DNA of 58,484 nt from assembly GCA_052034445.1 (NCBI GenBank), contig JBPOIN010000087.1, positions 1 through 58,484 on the forward strand, in the 5' to 3' direction. How positions within the stretch are numbered: the stretch's first letter is position 1; every line of letters begins with the position of its first letter. Both the position numbers and the translations under genes were made by a program. Below, piece after piece: positions 20,444 through 29,993 of this stretch. The notes beneath the pieces were generated by a model, which saw only the letters and a list, made by a program, of their open reading frames with translations, did no database searches and had not been told where the DNA came from. This DNA is from Pseudomonadota bacterium. Lineage in GTDB: Bacteria; Pseudomonadota; Gammaproteobacteria; Burkholderiales; Rhodocyclaceae.

Positions 20444-21379
20444 TTACTCAGCCGGAGCAAGCACTCCGGATGTAAGTCCGGACGACACGTCCACATCGAG
20501 AATTTTTCCATCGCGCATGATGGCCTCTTCGGTGCGCTTATTCATGACGATGATGCTGATGCGACGATTGACAGCCGCAAATGGATCATTCTGGTCATAC
20601 GGTACCGCCGAGGCCAAACCAACCACGCGCATGACCTTGAATTCCTGCAAACCGCCGACAATCAATTCCCGCCGTGAAGCATTGGCGCGATTGGTAGACA
20701 ATTCCCAGTTACCGACCCCCTTGTCGCCACCTGCGTACGGCGTAGCATCTGTATGACCTGAAAGGCTGATGCGATTCTCGACATCATTCAACACCGGGCC
20801 GATTTCGCGCAAAATCTGCCGTGTATACGGCTTGAGCTCAGCGCTCGCGGAATCGAACATCGGCCGATTCTGCTCATCGACGATCTGAATACGTAACCCT
20901 TCTGTTGTGATGTCCAGCAATAACTGATTCCTGAACTGTTTGAGCGCCGGCGTATTCTCGATCATGGCTTCGATCTGCGCTTTGAGACCATTGAGTTTTT
21001 CTGCTTCAATTTTTTCGAGTGCAGCACGATCTGCAGGCAGTGCCTGAAGATTGATACGCTGACGTTGCGCTTCAATATCACCCTTTTTAACCTGCCCATG
21101 GGCACGCGTCAGATCCTCACCTCCTCCTTTGAGGATACTCGACGAATCCCCGGCTCCGCCCCCCCCCGCCAGCGCGACCTTCAGCGGTGTATTAAAAAAG
21201 TCGGCGATGCCCTTGAGATCGCCCTGCGATGTCGAACCAAGCAGCCACATCAGCAGGAAAAAAGCCATCATCGCCGTGACGAAATCGGCATAGGCAATTT
21301 TCCAAGCACCTCCATGAGCGCCCCCACCGCCTTTCTTGATGCGTTTGACAATAATGGGCTGTTGGCTGTCGTCGCTCAT
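20444..21379 (-). CDS. motB: Flagellar stator protein MotB
   Basis: WKIAYADFVTAMMAFFLLMWL and an OmpA-like C-terminal domain (GHTD, NWELS, NRRI). Confidence 0.96.
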   Translation of the reverse strand: MSDDSQQPIIVKRIKKGGGGAHGGAWKIAYADFVTAMMAFFLLMWLLGSTSQGDLKGIADFFNTPLKVALAGGGGAGDSSSILKGGGEDLTRAHGQVKKGDIEAQRQRINLQALPADRAALEKIEAEKLNGLKAQIEAMIENTPALKQFRNQLLLDITTEGLRIQIVDEQNRPMFDSASAELKPYTRQILREIGPVLNDVENRISLSGHTDATPYAGGDKGVGNWELSTNRANASRRELIVGGLQEFKVMRVVGLASAVPYDQNDPFAAVNRRISIIVMNKRTEEAIMRDGKILDVDVSSGLTSGVLAPAE

Positions 21380-21411
21380 TTAACAGAACCAGGACTTGGC
21401 ATATCAGTGGC

Positions 21412-22269
21412 TTACTTGCCTTTGCGGCTCTTCACATCTTCTTCAAGCTCAGTGAATGACGGGCGATCGGTGGAGTACAACACCTTGCGACCGAACTCGA
21501 TGGCCACCTGTGGCGCATAACCATTCATGCTCGCCAACAAAACCATCTTGATGCACTGATAAATCTTGCCGCTTTCCTCCGCCTTCTGTTCAAGCAAACT
21601 GGCAATTGGAGCGACGAAACCATAGGAGGCAAGAATGCCAATGAAGGTCCCGACCAATGCGCCGCCGATCATCTTTCCCAGTACAGCGGGCGGTTCGCCC
21701 ACCGACCCCATGACATTTACGACCCCCATGACTGCCACAACGATACCGAAAGCAGGCACCCCGTCGGCCATTTTCGACATAACATGGGCCGGAGCATGCG
21801 CTTCATGATGATGCGTCTCGATTTCGATGTCCATGAGATTTTCAATCTCGAATGCGTTCAAATTACCGCCAACCATCATGCGCAGATAATCGGCAATGAA
21901 TTCCATGACATGGTGATCATGCACAAGCGCCGGATATTTCGAAAAAATTGTGCTGTTTTCTGGCGATTCGATATCGTTTTCAATCGACATCAACCCCTCC
22001 TTGCGCACCTTGGCGAGAATTTCGAACAGCATTGCCAGCAAATCCATGTACAAGGCCTTCGAATAAGGAGAGCCTTTGAGTACCGATGGAAGAGCCTTTA
22101 ACGTCGCCTTCCGCTCCTTGGCCCCATTTCCCGCCAAAAAACCACCAGCCATCAGACCGCCAATCGCCACATACTCCAATGGCATCCAAAGCGCGCCAAG
22201 GCTGCCGTGAACCGAGTAAGTTCCAACCGAGGCCGCCAGAATGAGTACATAGCCGATTAACAAAAACAT
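21412..22269 (-). CDS. motA: Flagellar stator protein MotA
   Basis: RKEGLMSIE, PAFGIVVAVMG, GALVGTFIGIL, AIEFGRK. Confidence 0.95.
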   Translation of the reverse strand: MFLLIGYVLILAASVGTYSVHGSLGALWMPLEYVAIGGLMAGGFLAGNGAKERKATLKALPSVLKGSPYSKALYMDLLAMLFEILAKVRKEGLMSIENDIESPENSTIFSKYPALVHDHHVMEFIADYLRMMVGGNLNAFEIENLMDIEIETHHHEAHAPAHVMSKMADGVPAFGIVVAVMGVVNVMGSVGEPPAVLGKMIGGALVGTFIGILASYGFVAPIASLLEQKAEESGKIYQCIKMVLLASMNGYAPQVAIEFGRKVLYSTDRPSFTELEEDVKSRKGK

Positions 22270-22395
22270 CAACAGTCTCCGTCTGTTGCATCAAACACGA
22301 CATTCGCACACGAGGGAGTTGATAGCAGGCCCGGCCGATCTGTCGTCAGATAGATGCCAATGATAGCGTCAAACGAGGAAAGAAGGAAAAGAAGC

Positions 22396-22436
22396 AAAAA
22401 AGGCTGCCACGGCGACATCCGCCCTGACAGCCTTTT
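22396..22436 (-). terminator. Intrinsic terminator after flhC
   Basis: Minus strand AAAAGGCTG...GGCG-gatgt-CGCC...CAGCCTTTTTT. Confidence 0.7.
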
Positions 22437-22450
22437 GGGTCGCCGCCGAA

Positions 22451-23014
22451 TCAACAGGCTGCGGCTAGAGTCCCTTCGGCTGCAGATCCAGCCGCAGCAA
22501 CACGGCGCGTCTTGCCCGCACGCGCTGGAACATTGCACAAGCCGCAAACATAAGCCTTCGTGGGATCAAAGGCATGCGCGACAAATCGCCCGCTGCAGCA
22601 TTTGCATGTCGCCATCGACAGCATGTTGGCGTCGAAAAAACGGACCATGGTCCACGCACGCGTCAGGGACAGCGCTGGCTCCATATCATTCCGGCGCATC
22701 TGATCGAGATACAGGCGATACGCCTTGATCGTCGCATCGAGACCGCGCAACTGCGAGTGTTCATGCATGAAACGATGGTACGCCATGAACAAGGATGCAT
22801 GAATGTTCGGTTGCCACGTCATGAACCAGTCGGTCGAGAACGGCAGCAATCCCTTGGGCGGCGATTCACCACGCACCTCCTTGTAAAGCTTGATCAGGCG
22901 CTCACGACTCAGCTTGGTTTCAGCCTCGAGCAATTGTAATCTTGCACCGAGCTCGATCAACTCAACAGCCAAACGAATATCTCTCGCTTCCGAGATTACA
23001 GATTTATTTCGCAT
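22451..23014 (-). CDS. flhC: Flagellar master regulator FlhC
   Basis: LGARLQ, SPPKGLLPFSTDWF, LTRAWT, Zn site CKCC...CGLC. Confidence 0.96.
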   Translation of the reverse strand: MRNKSVISEARDIRLAVELIELGARLQLLEAETKLSRERLIKLYKEVRGESPPKGLLPFSTDWFMTWQPNIHASLFMAYHRFMHEHSQLRGLDATIKAYRLYLDQMRRNDMEPALSLTRAWTMVRFFDANMLSMATCKCCSGRFVAHAFDPTKAYVCGLCNVPARAGKTRRVAAAGSAAEGTLAAAC

Positions 23015-23051
23015 ACCCCCCCCGTTCAGCTACAGCAACACACGGCATCGC

Positions 23052-23369
23052 TCATGCCATGGTTTCAACTGGTTTACCGGCGGCAAGAATCGCCGCATGC
23101 ACGGAGCCGATCCCACGGCTGCGTTCATGATTGGCCAGCAAATTCAGCAACAGGGCATCGTCAAACCGGAAGCTGCAGAGCAGCATGTCGGCACTCGCCA
23201 TTTTAAGAACCTGCCCCGGGGTGAGGCGATCAAGAACATCGGCAATCTCTTCACTGACGCCAAGGCGAAACAAAGCCGCCTCGCGATCGGCGCGAATCAG
23301 ATTCTGCGCCAACATCAGATAGGCAAGATTGACTTCCTTTATATCATTGTAGGTGTCAGTCGATTTCAT
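23052..23369 (-). CDS. flhD: Flagellar master regulator FlhD
   Basis: IKEVNLAYLMLAQ, ALFRLG, LLCSFRFDD, HAAIL; upstream of flhC. Confidence 0.95.
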   Translation of the reverse strand: MKSTDTYNDIKEVNLAYLMLAQNLIRADREAALFRLGVSEEIADVLDRLTPGQVLKMASADMLLCSFRFDDALLLNLLANHERSRGIGSVHAAILAAGKPVETMA

Positions 23370-23496
23370 TTTTCACTCCATCTTGCGCTGAATTGTTCTC
23401 CAACAGGAAATTGGAGGCATAAAGATTATGGAGCGCGCCGTCAAGCCGAAGAAGAGGCGGAATTCGGTTCTTACTGTAGGAATTGCCCCGCAAAAA

Positions 23497-23517
23497 TTGT
23501 AAGGTTTTTTCTTACAA
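23497..23517. promoter_or_regulatory. Inverted repeat, candidate operator upstream of flhD
   Basis: TTGTAAG-N7-CTTACAA in an AT-rich intergenic region; related half-sites CTTAC/TGTAGG at 23470-23480. Confidence 0.5.
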
Positions 23518-23662
23518 ATCCGCGATATTTCTATGTTTTTATTAACTTTATCACATTTCCGAGAAAGCGCAAGCCCGGTCAGGCAATGCCACGCAAGCAC
23601 AGAGAAAACCTATCGAATGGTGGTTTTTCATTTATAAACAATCAGTTAATTTTTCACCCCCG

Positions 23663-25594
23663 TTAATCTTCGGATTCATCCTCAAGCAACTGCACCGCCA
23701 CACTGCAATTGCGCCCACGCTGCTTGGCAACATACACACCCTGATCGGCACGTTTGATGAGCGCATCGACATCGGCCATTTCAGCATCGCGGACCGCCAC
23801 ACCAATACTGATGCTGCCTTGAATCATCACGCCACCGGCATTGATGGCGAGCGCATGCACAGCCATGCGCACACGTTCGGCGCCGGCGATCGCCGCTTCA
23901 AGCGTTGTGTCCGGGCTGATGACGAGAAACTCATCCCCGCCCATCCGGCACACCACATCCTGCGAACGTAATCCGGCCTTCAGGGCATTCGCCACCTTGC
24001 TGAGAACCATGTCGCCAATATCGTGACCGTATGTATCGTTAATGCGCTTGAAGGCGTCGACATCGACAACCATCACAGCAAACGAACGCTTGTTGCGTGA
24101 GCTTCCAGACCACTCCTGTTGCATGCGATCCATCGCATAACGACGGTTCGGAAACCCGGTCAAGGGATCAGTAAGCGCCATTTCCTGCAAACGGCGATTA
24201 CTCAGCGCAAGCTCGGCGGCAAAGCGGCGAATATCTTCGCTGTCGCGCTCAACTTCCAGCTGCAAGCGAACCAGACGCTGACCGGCGCGCAGCCGCGCTT
24301 CGAGAACCCGCGGCCTGACCGGCTTGGTCATGTAATCATCGACACCGCTTTCAAATGCCTGAACGAGATGATCTTCATCATCCAGCGAAGTCAGCAGCAG
24401 AATATAAATGCCACTGCCGCTTTTGGTCTGCCGCAGCGAACGCGTCAGTTCGAGTCCGCCCATTTCTCCGCTCGACCACTCGATCAACATGATGTGGGGA
24501 CACAGATCAATGGCCATCTCGAGCCCTTGCTGCCCGGTTGCGGCAAAAAACACGTCGTGCCCGGCCCTCTGCAGTAGTTGCTGCAAAGAAGCAAACATGG
24601 AGGCCTCGCAACCCACCACGAGTATGCGCATGCGAGTCTTATCGCATTCGGCGCCGATCACGATGCTGGGGGCAGGCACATGATTCGAGATGTCTTCGAA
24701 CGGTGGAATATGGCTTGCATCGACCTGAAGCAAGACGCTCCACTCCAGCCATTCAACCGCGGCCTTGTCACAGATTGCCGTCAAACACTCGGCGTCAAGC
24801 GACAGCCGGGAACCAAGCATGAACAAACGCGAAAGCATGGCACGTCGCTCGGAATCAGGAGCAAGACAGATATCGGCAATATGCTCTGCCAGCGCGAGTG
24901 AATTCAAGAGAGTTTGCTGACGCGAGCCTTCGGCGAAGTTAACCTGCTGTGGATCATCGTGAAACCGCACAGGCTCCGAAAACACTTTGGGCAATCCCCA
25001 ATCAAGCAACATGGCGGCCGACAACTCGCCATGAGTCATGATGAAGGCCTGGTGCTCCAGATCGACAAGAGTCGATTGCCGATCTGCCTCGAGTTTCTGC
25101 AGAATTCGCGCAAACTCATCCGGGTACAGTGTAGCCAGAGCCAGCTCGCCGATCCGCGCCAGCAAACCGATGCTGAAAGCCTCGTCAACAGGAACCACAC
25201 GGGTATGATGTGTCAAGGCTTGCATGGCCACGGCACAAGCCAGTGAATGCGACCAGAAACGCTGATAATTGAAGCCATGGCACTTGCCATGACTGTAATT
25301 CGAAAGCAACGAAAAGCCGAGCGCCAACGAGCGTACGGCCGGAATACCAAGTACTGCCAGCGCTTCCTGAATCGACGTAATCGGTCGGCGCACCCCCGCG
25401 TGCACGCTGTTCGCCGCCTTGATGATCCGTCCGGCGAACGCCGGATCGGTCTTGACCACTCGCGCGACATCGGCGAGCGAGCTATCCTCGCGTTGCAGGA
25501 GTCGAATTATGGCAAGCGCGGCCCCCTTCGGCGAGGGCAACTCCCCCGTTGCCTTGACGCGCTCAAACTTCTCGAACTCTGTGATTGTATTCAT
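23663..25594 (-). CDS. HDOD - atypical receiver - GGDEF diguanylate cyclase
   Basis: HDOD (LPSP, DPAFAGRIIKAANS, FWSHS, GLLARIG), REC-like middle domain, TDPLTGFPNRR, RSQD I-site, GGDEF. Confidence 0.9.
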   Translation of the reverse strand: MNTITEFEKFERVKATGELPSPKGAALAIIRLLQREDSSLADVARVVKTDPAFAGRIIKAANSVHAGVRRPITSIQEALAVLGIPAVRSLALGFSLLSNYSHGKCHGFNYQRFWSHSLACAVAMQALTHHTRVVPVDEAFSIGLLARIGELALATLYPDEFARILQKLEADRQSTLVDLEHQAFIMTHGELSAAMLLDWGLPKVFSEPVRFHDDPQQVNFAEGSRQQTLLNSLALAEHIADICLAPDSERRAMLSRLFMLGSRLSLDAECLTAICDKAAVEWLEWSVLLQVDASHIPPFEDISNHVPAPSIVIGAECDKTRMRILVVGCEASMFASLQQLLQRAGHDVFFAATGQQGLEMAIDLCPHIMLIEWSSGEMGGLELTRSLRQTKSGSGIYILLLTSLDDEDHLVQAFESGVDDYMTKPVRPRVLEARLRAGQRLVRLQLEVERDSEDIRRFAAELALSNRRLQEMALTDPLTGFPNRRYAMDRMQQEWSGSSRNKRSFAVMVVDVDAFKRINDTYGHDIGDMVLSKVANALKAGLRSQDVVCRMGGDEFLVISPDTTLEAAIAGAERVRMAVHALAINAGGVMIQGSISIGVAVRDAEMADVDALIKRADQGVYVAKQRGRNCSVAVQLLEDESED

Positions 25595-25668
25595 ATTTCG
25601 CGATAATACATGCCATCCCATCCACATGTCAGCCTTGCCCTTGGCGCTTGCGCTAAAATGTCGGGGAA

Positions 25669-26214
25669 ATGACAGCCCTGATTAAATTCTGCAGCAATTG
25701 CGGTGCGCCAGTCACCCTGCGCATTCCCGAAGGCGACTCGCTGATTCGCGCTGTCTGTGACCGTTGCGGCACGATCCATTACCAGAACCCCAAGCTGGTG
25801 GTCGGAACCCTGCCAATTTGGGAAGACAAGATTCTGCTTTGTCGCCGCGCCATCGAACCGCGCCACGGTATGTGGACGCTTCCCGCCGGCTTCATGGAAA
25901 ACCATGAAACCCTGGCGCAAGCCGCGGCACGCGAAACCCGCGAGGAAGCCTGCGCCAATATCGAACTTGGCGTGCTATATACGCTAATCAGCGTGCCACA
26001 CATCAGCCAGGTACACGCCATCTACCAAGCCCGCCTGCTCGATTTGAACTTTGCCCCGGGCGAAGAAACCCTCGAAGTCGCGCTATGGCGCGAAGCCGAA
26101 ATCCCCTGGGATGACATCGCCTTCCGCACCATCGCGCTGACGTTGCGTCATTATTTTGCTGACCGCAAACGCGGCAGCTTCGGTTTTCACAGCAGCGAAC
26201 TCGCCCCGCCCTGA
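25669..26214 (+). CDS. Zinc-ribbon NUDIX hydrolase
   Basis: FCSNCG...CDRC, HYQNP, Nudix box GFMENHETLAQAAARETREEA. Confidence 0.9.
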   Translation: MTALIKFCSNCGAPVTLRIPEGDSLIRAVCDRCGTIHYQNPKLVVGTLPIWEDKILLCRRAIEPRHGMWTLPAGFMENHETLAQAAARETREEACANIELGVLYTLISVPHISQVHAIYQARLLDLNFAPGEETLEVALWREAEIPWDDIAFRTIALTLRHYFADRKRGSFGFHSSELAPP

Positions 26215-26262
26215 GCCACAACCGCCGCAACCGGCAACCTGCCGGACGCTCTGCGCCGCCGA

Positions 26263-26940
26263 TCACGGCGCATTGAATTCGACACGCAGCGGAAAACTGA
26301 AGCTTTGACCAGACAGGCTGATAGGCAGCCTGGTTTGCTGGATGGCCTGCGCCAGCATATCAAGAGCCGCCGCATCGAAATCAGCATGGCCACTTGAATG
26401 CAACAGCCCTGGCGGCTGTGGCGCACCGCCAATATCGACGCGCACCAACAGCTCCACGCGCCCGGTTCGCCCCTCTTGCTGCGCCCGGGTCGGATAGCGC
26501 CGAAATTGTCGCGCGGCCAAGGCCAGACCGATCCGATACTCGCGCAAACCGTTGGCATCGATACGCTCCTCGGCAACATTTGCATTCTCTGCCGCTGGCT
26601 GCGCTGCCTCCTGCACGGGAGAGCGCGCCTGTGCTGCGCTCGACGCCAAGCGCGCCACCGGCTGCATCGCAGTCGTCGCCGACACCGGCCCAACACCAAC
26701 GGCCCCCTCGTCGCCAAGCAGAATCCGCCGCTGACGCTGCGCCTTCGCGGGCAGAGCATGGTCTGGCGCCACCACAACTTCCGGCGGCCGTAAATGCGCA
26801 CGCAGATTACCGGATCCTGCCGGCCGCGCCACGGCCGCCGGACTCATCACCAGACGCACCAACGGCGCTTGCCAGAGCAACACGCCATGCACCGCCAGCG
26901 AAATCAGCAATGCCCGGCCAAACCTGTCAAAAGACACCAT
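26263..26940 (-). CDS. TonB C-terminal-domain protein (energy transducer TonB family)
   Basis: N-terminal TM with SLAVHG (SHLS-like face) and C-terminal YPTRAQQEGRTGRV...SSGHADFDAAAL. Confidence 0.75.
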   Translation of the reverse strand: MVSFDRFGRALLISLAVHGVLLWQAPLVRLVMSPAAVARPAGSGNLRAHLRPPEVVVAPDHALPAKAQRQRRILLGDEGAVGVGPVSATTAMQPVARLASSAAQARSPVQEAAQPAAENANVAEERIDANGLREYRIGLALAARQFRRYPTRAQQEGRTGRVELLVRVDIGGAPQPPGLLHSSGHADFDAAALDMLAQAIQQTRLPISLSGQSFSFPLRVEFNAP

Positions 26941-27099
26941 CGTCACAGCCACAACCTCTCGCCAGAGACGTTTTCAGAGCTGCCAATCATACTCACCTTG
27001 CATCGCAACAGCCAGAACGCACCCACGATCCGGCCACGGCGATCAAGCCAAACCGCACGCACCCGCCGGGAAGTCCCGGAAAGCCAGTAAAATGCGCCA

Positions 27100-29348
27100 A
27101 TGCAAGCCGACACCAGCCCCAAGCCGCTCACCTCCTACCGCAAATACTGGGCCCAGCGCTTCGGCATTGCGCCGTTCCTGCCCATGTCGCGCGCCGAAAT
27201 GGAACAGCTGGGCTGGGACTCCTGCGACATCATCCTCGTCACGGGCGACGCCTACATCGACCATCCGAGTTTCGGCATGGCCCTCGTCGGCCGCCTGTTA
27301 GAGGCCCAGGGATTTCGTGTCGGCATCATCAGCCAGCCAAACTGGCATTCCGCCGCCGCCTTCCAGACGCTCGGCAAACCGAACCTGTTCTTCGGCGTCA
27401 CCGCGGGCAATATGGATTCGATGGTGAATCGCTACACCTCGGACCGCAAGATCCGCTCCGACGATGCCTATACGCCAAATGCCGAACCCAACAAACGCCC
27501 CGACCGCGCCGCCGTGGTGTATGCCCAGCGCTGCCGCGAAGCCTATGCTGACAGTACGGTAGTCATCGGCAGCATCGAAGCCAGCCTGCGCCGCATCGCG
27601 CACTACGACTACTGGTCCGACAAGGTGCGGCGTTCGATCCTGCTCGACTCCAAGGCCGACCTGCTGATCTTCGGCAACGCCGAACGCGCGCTCGTCGAAC
27701 TCGCCCATCGCCTGGCCAAAAACCAGCCCATCAAGGAAATCCGCGACCTGCGCGGCACGGCCTTCATGGCGCCGCATGGCTGGCGCCCCGCCGGCTGGGA
27801 GGAAATCGATTCGAGCCACGTCGACACCCCGGGCCCCGTGCATCCCCATCCCGATCCCTACGCGCATGCCGCCCCCCAAGCACCCGGCACACTGCCAGAT
27901 GGCAGCGCCCAGACCATCCGGATTCTGCCGCGCAGCGAACGCCTGGCCCAGCGCAAGACGACACGCGCGCACCAGGTGATTCGTCTGCCGTCCTACGAAC
28001 AGGTCCGCGATGATCCGGTGCTATACGCGCATGCCTCGCGCACCTTCCACATCGAATCGAATCCCGGCAATGCGCGCGCGCTGGTGCAAAGCCACGGCGA
28101 AGGCGCGGCACAACGCGATGTCTGGCTCAACCCGCCGCCGATTCCGCTCACCATGGCCGAAATGGACCACGTGTATGGCCTGCCGTATGCCCGCGCCCCG
28201 CATCCCGCCTACGGCACGGCAAAAATCCCGGCTTGGGAAATGATCCGTTTCTCGGTCAACATCATGCGCGGCTGTTTCGGCGGCTGCACCTTCTGCTCAA
28301 TCACCGAGCACGAAGGACGCATCATCCAGAGCCGTTCGGAAGCCTCGATCCTGCACGAGATCGAGCAGATCCGCGACAAGACGCCGGGCTTCACAGGCAT
28401 CATTTCCGATCTCGGCGGCCCCACGGCGAACATGTACCGTCTGGCCTGCCGCAGCAAGGAAATCGAATCCGCCTGCCGCCGCCTGTCCTGCGTGTTTCCC
28501 GATGTCTGTGAAAACATGGGCACCGATCACGGCCCGCTGATCCAGCTGTATCGCAAGGCGCGCGCCCTGCCGGGCATCAAGAAGATACTGATCGGCTCCG
28601 GACTGCGCTACGACCTTGCAGTGCGCTCACCGGAATACGTCAAGGAACTCGTCACCCACCATGTCGGCGGCTACCTCAAGATCGCCCCCGAACATACCGA
28701 AGCCGGCCCGCTCAGCAAGATGATGAAGCCGGGCATGGACAACTACGACAAGTTCAAGGCCCTGTTCGAAAAGTTCTCGCGCGAAGCCGGCAAGGAGCAA
28801 TACCTGATCCCGTATTTCATCGCCGCCCACCCGGGCACGACCGATGAGGACATGCTGGCGCTGGCGCTCTGGCTCAAGCGCCACAACTTCCGTCTCGACC
28901 AGGTGAGACCTTCCTGCCAACCCCGCTGGCGATCGCCTCGGCCATGTATCACACGCAGAAGAACCCGCTGCGCAAGGTTCACGCCACGAGCGAAATCGTT
29001 CCTGTCGTGCGCGGCGGCCGCCAGCGCCGCATCCAAAAAGCTTTTCTACGCTACCACGATCCGGAAAACTGGCCGCTGCTGCGCGACGCCCTGCGCCAGA
29101 TGGGACGCGCCGACCTGATTGGCAGCGGCCCCAAACACCTGATCCCGGCTTTCCAACCCGCCGGCACGGCAAAGTACGGCCACCCCGCCCAGACCCTGCA
29201 CAGCGCCAAAGCCCAGCGTCCGGCCTGCGCCAAAACCACCCGACGCGCCAGTTCCAGCGACAAGCCACCATCTGCCGCGCCGCGCAGCGAAAAGACAGGC
29301 CGTTCGGGCAAACCGACCGCAGTCCGGGCCAAGGGCAAACGCTCCTGA
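27100..29348 (+). pseudogene. ygiQ: YgiQ (UPF0313) radical SAM protein interrupted by a 1-nt deletion at 28905/28906 (true frameshift or sequencing error)
   Basis: [41 protein letters not shown]. Sequence reads GAC CAG GTG AG ACC TTC; adding one base restores [19 protein letters not shown] and joins the 28944-29348 ORF ([20 protein letters not shown]). Confidence 0.85.
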
Positions 29349-29482
29349 GGCCCCCGGGAGCCTCCCTGATAGCGCATGAATCTCTGCAGCTCGGGACACA
29401 TCATTTTCGGGATACCACTGCCAGGCTCAACTAATGTTAAAATCTCAGACCGTTACCTGCCTTAGATTCATATACCTACGCC

Positions 29483-29704
29483 ATGGCTGACACTCTTTTC
29501 TGCTACCACTGCCGGCTTCACCACCCCAAGGAAGAAATGCGCCAGATCGAAACCAAGGGTGGCAAACGCTGGCGCTGCATCAAGAGCATCGAAGCAACCA
29601 AGCAAAGCCGCGAAGCGCGCGAAGCCTTTGGTCGCCAAATGTCCGCAAACAACCGCGCGGAAGCCGAGAGCAAGGCGCGACTCATCCTTAACGCCGGCAA
29701 GTAA
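29483..29704 (+). CDS. Small hypothetical protein (73 aa) with Cys/His cluster
   Basis: CYHC-RL-HH...WRC, charged helical C-terminus, host-like codons, extended -10 TGtTAAAAT at 29435-29443. Confidence 0.7.
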   Translation: MADTLFCYHCRLHHPKEEMRQIETKGGKRWRCIKSIEATKQSREAREAFGRQMSANNRAEAESKARLILNAGK

Positions 29705-29945
29705 GCCATCCAGCCGCCACGCACGCAGGTCTCGCGTGGCGTAGCACACCCGGCAGGCCACGCAACACCGACGCTGCGCCAACATCCGCGCATCCGTTAG
29801 CGCGCATGCCGTCATCACCGTCTTTGGATCACCGCCCTTGGAAGCCGTGACGCGCAGCACCGCTTCCGACGCAATCCGCACGGCCCCACACCAGCAAGCC
29901 ACGCTCGCACGAAAACAGCGCAGTTGCGATAAAATAAAACCCAAT

Positions 29946-29962
29946 ATTTGAAGCCTAAAAAT
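29946..29962. promoter_or_regulatory. Imperfect palindrome, candidate MarR operator of the abm-type operon
   Basis: ATTTgaAGcCTaaAAAT (6 of 8 pairs) in an AT-rich patch about 30 nt upstream of the monooxygenase ATG. Confidence 0.4.
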
Positions 29963-29993
29963 TCAGATTTCATATCAATTGAAAATACCCTGC

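Noticed and set aside
28897-28913. Programmed ribosomal frameshift in ygiQ
   Set aside because: No slippery sequence or stimulatory structure; a simple 1-nt deletion explains it.
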